Source of the DNA: Nemertoderma westbladi
Taxonomy: Eukaryota; Animalia; Xenacoelomorpha
Length of the DNA: 64,000 bases
Direction of reading: 5' to 3'
Assembly: GCA_032718475.1 (NCBI GenBank)
Contig: JAUCBJ010002580.1
Location: 19,101-83,100 of the forward strand
The translations under genes and the position numbers were made by a program. Below, in pieces: positions 59,721 to 64,000 of this stretch. The stretch's first letter is position 1. Each line of letters begins with the position of its first letter. The notes below the pieces were generated by a model, which had not been told where the DNA came from, did not search any database, and saw only the letters and a program-made list of their open reading frames with translations.

Positions 59721-60818
59721 ATGGGGGCACCAACCGAACCCTCACAGAGATAAGGAGGACCTATTGGGTCAAACAACTAAGGAAGAAGGTGAAAGCGGTA
59801 GTGGGGCAGTGCCAGACCTGCCGACGAGCGAAGAAGGAGCGAGCCATACAAGAGATGGCGCCGCTACCAGCTAGTAGAGTAAGACAACACGACCCGCCAT
59901 TTACGCATTGCGGTGTGGACATGTTCGGGCCGATAAAGATCAAAGTGATGCGACACACGGAGAAACGCTACGGCATTATCTTCGTATGCAACAACACACG
60001 GGCGGTAGGGATAGAACTCGCCCAAGATGCAACCGCATCAGCATTCATTAATGCCCTAGAAAGGTTTAGAGACCGCAAAGGTGGGACGATCGCAGTGATA
60101 TACAGCGACAACGGCACCAACTTTGTGGGCGCAGAGAGTGAGATGGCAGAGGCCTTGGACATCTTGGAAGGGGAGGAAGTCAGGGCGGCCATGAGAAGAC
60201 GACAAGTAAAGTGGGAGAGAAGGACGCCGTATGCACCACATACACTAGGATGCGTCGAGAGACTGACTGGTGGGCAGTTCAAAGCGTCTAATGACGAAGT
60301 TAATGAACACCCACATGGTCACTGAAGACGTCTTACGGACAGTACTTGCGAAGTGCGAGGGGATCATTAATAGCAGACCGCTATATCCGGAGAATGATGA
60401 CCCTGAGTCATTAGACGTGCTGACGCCTAGCCATTTTCTGATGGAAAGGCCAGCGACCATCGATATGCGGGGTGTAGACCCAGATGACATACACTCCCGC
60501 CAGAGTTGGAAAGTCGCTAAAGCAATAAGCGCAGAGTATTGGAGGAGGTGGGTAGAAGAATACCTACCCACGCTCCATAAGCGAAGCAAGTGGAGGAAGC
60601 CGAACAGGGAGCTAAGAGTAGGAGATCTCGTAATCGTTACGGATGATACTATCATCAACAACCAGTGGCGGTTGGCGAGAGTTGTAGGCACTTACTCCGA
60701 TGAGGACGGAAGAGTCCGATCGGTAGAAGTGCGGATAGGTGGAAAGATAGGCGCGAAGGACAGAAAAACCTACAGGAGAGCGGTTGGGAAATGCTGTCTT
60801 CTAGAAGGGGCACCTTAG
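59717..60818 (+). pseudogene. BEL 3 integrase plus C-terminal DUF5641-like domain
   Basis: HGGT..YW..CQTC, PFTHCGVDMFGP, SDNGTNFVGA, ERL, INSRPL, LTPSHFL, W..W..EYL, WRLARV and DG.VRSV. One frameshift. Confidence 0.92.
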
Positions 60819-60939
60819 AAGTGGAGTTAGTGCGTAGTTTAGTCGTCCAAGTTTTGGACTGAGGGGGGTGGGATTGAGGGCGAGACGCCCTTCCCACATA
60901 TAAAATTTGAAAAATAAAAATTATAAAATAATAGTACAT

Positions 60940-61420
60940 AGTAGGTACGCAGTTAGTAGGCAGAAGGTACGTAGTACCTAGTTAGTTAGTAGGTACGTAG
61001 TACCTAGAGTTAGTTAGTTAGTTAGTAGGTACGTAGTACCTAGAGTTAGTTAGTTAGTTAGTAGGTACGTAGTACCTAGAGTTAGTTAGAGAGTTAGTAG
61101 GTACGTAGTACCTAGTTAGAGAAGTTAGTCAAGAGGTACGTATTACCTAGTTAGTTAGTTAGTTAAAGAAGAGTTAGAGGGTACGTAGTACCGTTAGTTA
61201 GAGTTAGAGTTAGAGGGTACGTAGTACCGTTAGTTGGAGTTAGAGTTAGAGGGTACGTAGTACCGTTAGTCAGAGTTAGAGTTAGAGGGTACGTAGTACC
61301 GTTAGTTGGAGAAGAGAGAGTAGGGTACGTAGTACTGCTAGTTAGTTAGAGAGTCAGAGGGTACGTAGTACTGTTAGTTAGAGAAGAGTTAGAGTTAGAG
61401 GGTACGTGGTACCATTAGTT
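60940..61420. repeat. Tandem repeat of GGTACGTAGTACC separated by GTTA/GAGTTA runs
   Basis: About 13 copies in the 3' non-coding region of BEL 3. Confidence 0.85.
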
Positions 61421-61867
61421 AGAGAGAGAGAGAGAGTAAGAGGTAGAAGGGTATATAAGATATAGATATTAGTTAGCAGTAAGTAGCGTTAGTAGCGAGA
61501 GGGGGGCATATGAGTACAGCTGGGTAAATCGTGTGGCCACACGACGCATACTGCTGTACTGCACAGGCCCACAGAGTAGGCCAGAATGTGGATTAGGAGA
61601 CAGAACAATCCATAGCCAGTAGCAAGTAATTAGTTTAGATAAGGTAGTAGGATTGAAATTAAAAATAGATAGATAGATTAGAATAAGAATAGGGCTAAGA
61701 AAGGGAACAAATCATGGTAACAGTAGTAAGAATAGGCAATAACTAACTCAGAAATTCAGAAAGAGATAGGCCATCGAACTGAACTTAAACCATCTAAACC
61801 CATCACTCATCACGTTTGCGCCTTGGCAAGGCACCACCTACGGGTGAGCGATCGGGCAGAGTTCGAG

Positions 61868-62400
61868 ATGGCAGGCAAACTTACGAGAGAGGAGAGAAGC
61901 AGAGGAGAGGAAGGAGGAAGCTAGGGCGCAGAGCTACGGCTTCGAGGAACAAGCGGCCTTAGACGAACTTCGTTGGGCTTCGTCAGGGAGTTCGGGGGAG
62001 TCTCTAGGGAAAGAACTGAGGTGAACGGTGGGATCACCGAAACAGTCGACGTCGGGATTGCAAACGATGCCTGAGAGGGGTGGAGAGATCGATGTAGATA
62101 GAGACAGCAACGTGGAGAAGTTCACCACCAGCGACTCCACAGACCGCGGAGATCGCTTGGGACGAAAGACGAGGTGGGACGGGAGACATTGGTACTCGGC
62201 TGCGACTACTGTGGGAGACAGACCCACCAGGAAAGGAGCTGCTTGTATCGGTTCCAGAAGGGAACCTTTTGTCTCTACTGCCGAGAACCGAGCCACAGGA
62301 TGGGAGCGTGTCCACGGTTGCAGAACCGATGTCCGAAGTGCAACTTTCGGGGACACCACGGACGCCAAGGAGGGATGGACTGAGGCTTTGACGTAGTGCG
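61868..62400 (+). pseudogene. BEL 3 3' accessory ORF with CCHC zinc knuckles
   Basis: 62174-62383 encodes CDYCGRQTHQERSC, CLYCREPSHRMGAC and CPKCNFRGH. The upstream part from ATG 61868 is disrupted. Confidence 0.6.
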
Positions 62401-63584
62401 CCTGGAAGGCGCCACGCGAGACGTGCAAACTATGTACAAATTTAATTAATGTAAATAATCATATAAGTACAGTTTGTATGTAGGTACGTAGTAAACAGTA
62501 ATCTAGAAATATTTACGTTCGGAGTAAGTACTATAGTCATACAACCTTTCTCAATTAGCTACTGGGACTGGGGGGTAAACTGACTATGGCACTATGGACG
62601 AGACACCAGACGATTTCACACTTCTTAAATGCGACGGCATGGGAGGGGGGTGAGATTCGTCAGAAGGGATGAGGTAGTCAAAGTGGGGTTGAGGAACGGA
62701 GTAAGAGTGCGAAGTGCGGAGAGAGTGCGAACGCAATTCTAGTGTGGGGGGGGAGAATAAGAGGCTGAGTGGGGGACGAGGAGGTCCGAGGGTATGAGAG
62801 AGTTAGGGTGAGAGTGGAGAGGAGATAGGGCGAAAGTGTTGGGGAAACAAAAGTCGCGTGAGAGGTGAGCGCGATCGGCCCGACATGAGACGCTAGGCAC
62901 ACAGGGTAGCGTTATCATACCCATAGGGAGCGGCCTGGAAAGCCGGCTCCGACAAAAAAGGATTCCACCCCACACCCGATACTAGATCGGGATCCAGCGG
63001 GATTGTAGCGCACTTTTTTGGTTGATGCTATCTTCTTACCGGGAAGATAGCATGGGGGGGAGTGTTAGCTTATTCAATCCCGCTAACACCCCATAAAGTT
63101 GGTTATTAAGCAATATTGGGGGACACGAGGTTGGGCAACCAACTCGTGTCACCACAACAGAATGGGAAGGAACGCACAATAAGGGTCAGGGGCCAAACCC
63201 CTAGCAGAGAGAAATAGGTGGAGTGAAGGGGATCACTCCGAAGGCGCCAACAAGGGTATCAACCAATCAGAGGGGGGCAAGGCATCGATTAGGTAGTAAT
63301 TAGGCCAACCGTGCAATATAACCAGTAACCCAATATCAGTAATTCAGTTATCTCAGTGCAGTAGTGCTAGCATAGGTTAATTAGTTTAGATAGGGGAGCA
63401 CGGGACTTTTAGTTACCGTATCCCGCCTTCCATATACTATACAATATCTATATCTTATATCTTTGTTATTATACACCGAACTTCAGAACTCATTCACTGC
63501 TTTCTTTCACTCTTTATACACGGCGCGGACGCGTGAACTAAATACCTACCGGATAAATCGGGATCCCTTCTGGATCCCGTCACA

Positions 63585-64000
63585 GATGGTACGGAGGCCA
63601 GAGAGGAGTTGGTACACAGAGAGGGTATGGAAGCTCAGAGAGGAGTTGGTAACAGTGATGGTACGGAGGACAGATAGGAAATCGTACACAGAGAGGGTAT
63701 GGAAGCTCAGAGAGGAGTTGGTACACAGAGAGGGTATGGAGGCTCAGAGAGGAGTTGGTACACAGAGACGGTACGAAGGCGAGATAGGAATTCGTACACA
63801 GAGAGGGTATGGAAGCTCAGAGAGGAGTTGGTACACAGAGAGGGTATGGAAGCTCAGAGAGGAGTTGGTACACAGAGACGGTACGGAGGCCAGATAGGAA
63901 TTCGTACTCAGAGAGGGTATGGAAGCTCAGAGAGGAGTTGGAACACAGAGAGGGTATGGAAGCTCAGAGAGGAGTTGGTACACAGAGAGGGTATGGAAGC
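63585..64000. repeat. 37-bp minisatellite, right part, running off the window
   Basis: Same unit as 55186-55296. Confidence 0.92.

Larger units (their letters stand above)
55297..63584 (+). mobile_element. BEL/Pao LTR retrotransposon 3, non-autonomous; LTRs 55297-55817 and 63063-63584; TSD GATGG
   Basis: TGT...ACA LTRs of 521/522 bp differing at about 4 positions. 5-bp TSD at 55292-55296 and 63585-63589. G-rich PPT at 63054-63062. Confidence 0.95.

Noticed and set aside
60940-61420. CRISPR-like palindromic repeat with spacers
   Set aside because: Repeat is only 13 bp, spacers are related low-complexity GTTA runs, there are no cas genes, and the context is a eukaryotic LTR element.

Overview
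Animal (invertebrate-type) nuclear DNA, AT-rich with spliceosomal introns, and no prokaryotic features. Two paralogous fibrinogen-related-domain (FReD) lectin genes face each other tail-to-tail (+ strand 7947-9643; - strand 54509-55123). Almost everything else is a nested stack of transposable elements: three BEL/Pao LTR retrotransposons, several LINEs (one near full length), a Kolobok-like TTAA DNA transposon, a 36-bp-TIR element, three Helentron/DINE-like (HINE) elements, and minisatellites. The most unusual signals are: (1) a BEL LTR carrying a tRNA-like Pol III cassette in both LTRs; (2) a 20-nt hairpin repeated nine times, in one orientation, across that same BEL element; (3) a ~5-kb tandem duplication whose breakpoint is exactly a HINE terminus at a TYTGTA target, suggesting one-ended rolling-circle transposition; (4) a young BEL element with no PR/RT/RNase H, no PBS and a 3' zinc-knuckle ORF; (5) a long, divergent Trp-rich loop in both FReD paralogs. 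All calls come from reading the sequence; family and clade names are inferences from motifs, and no searches were run.
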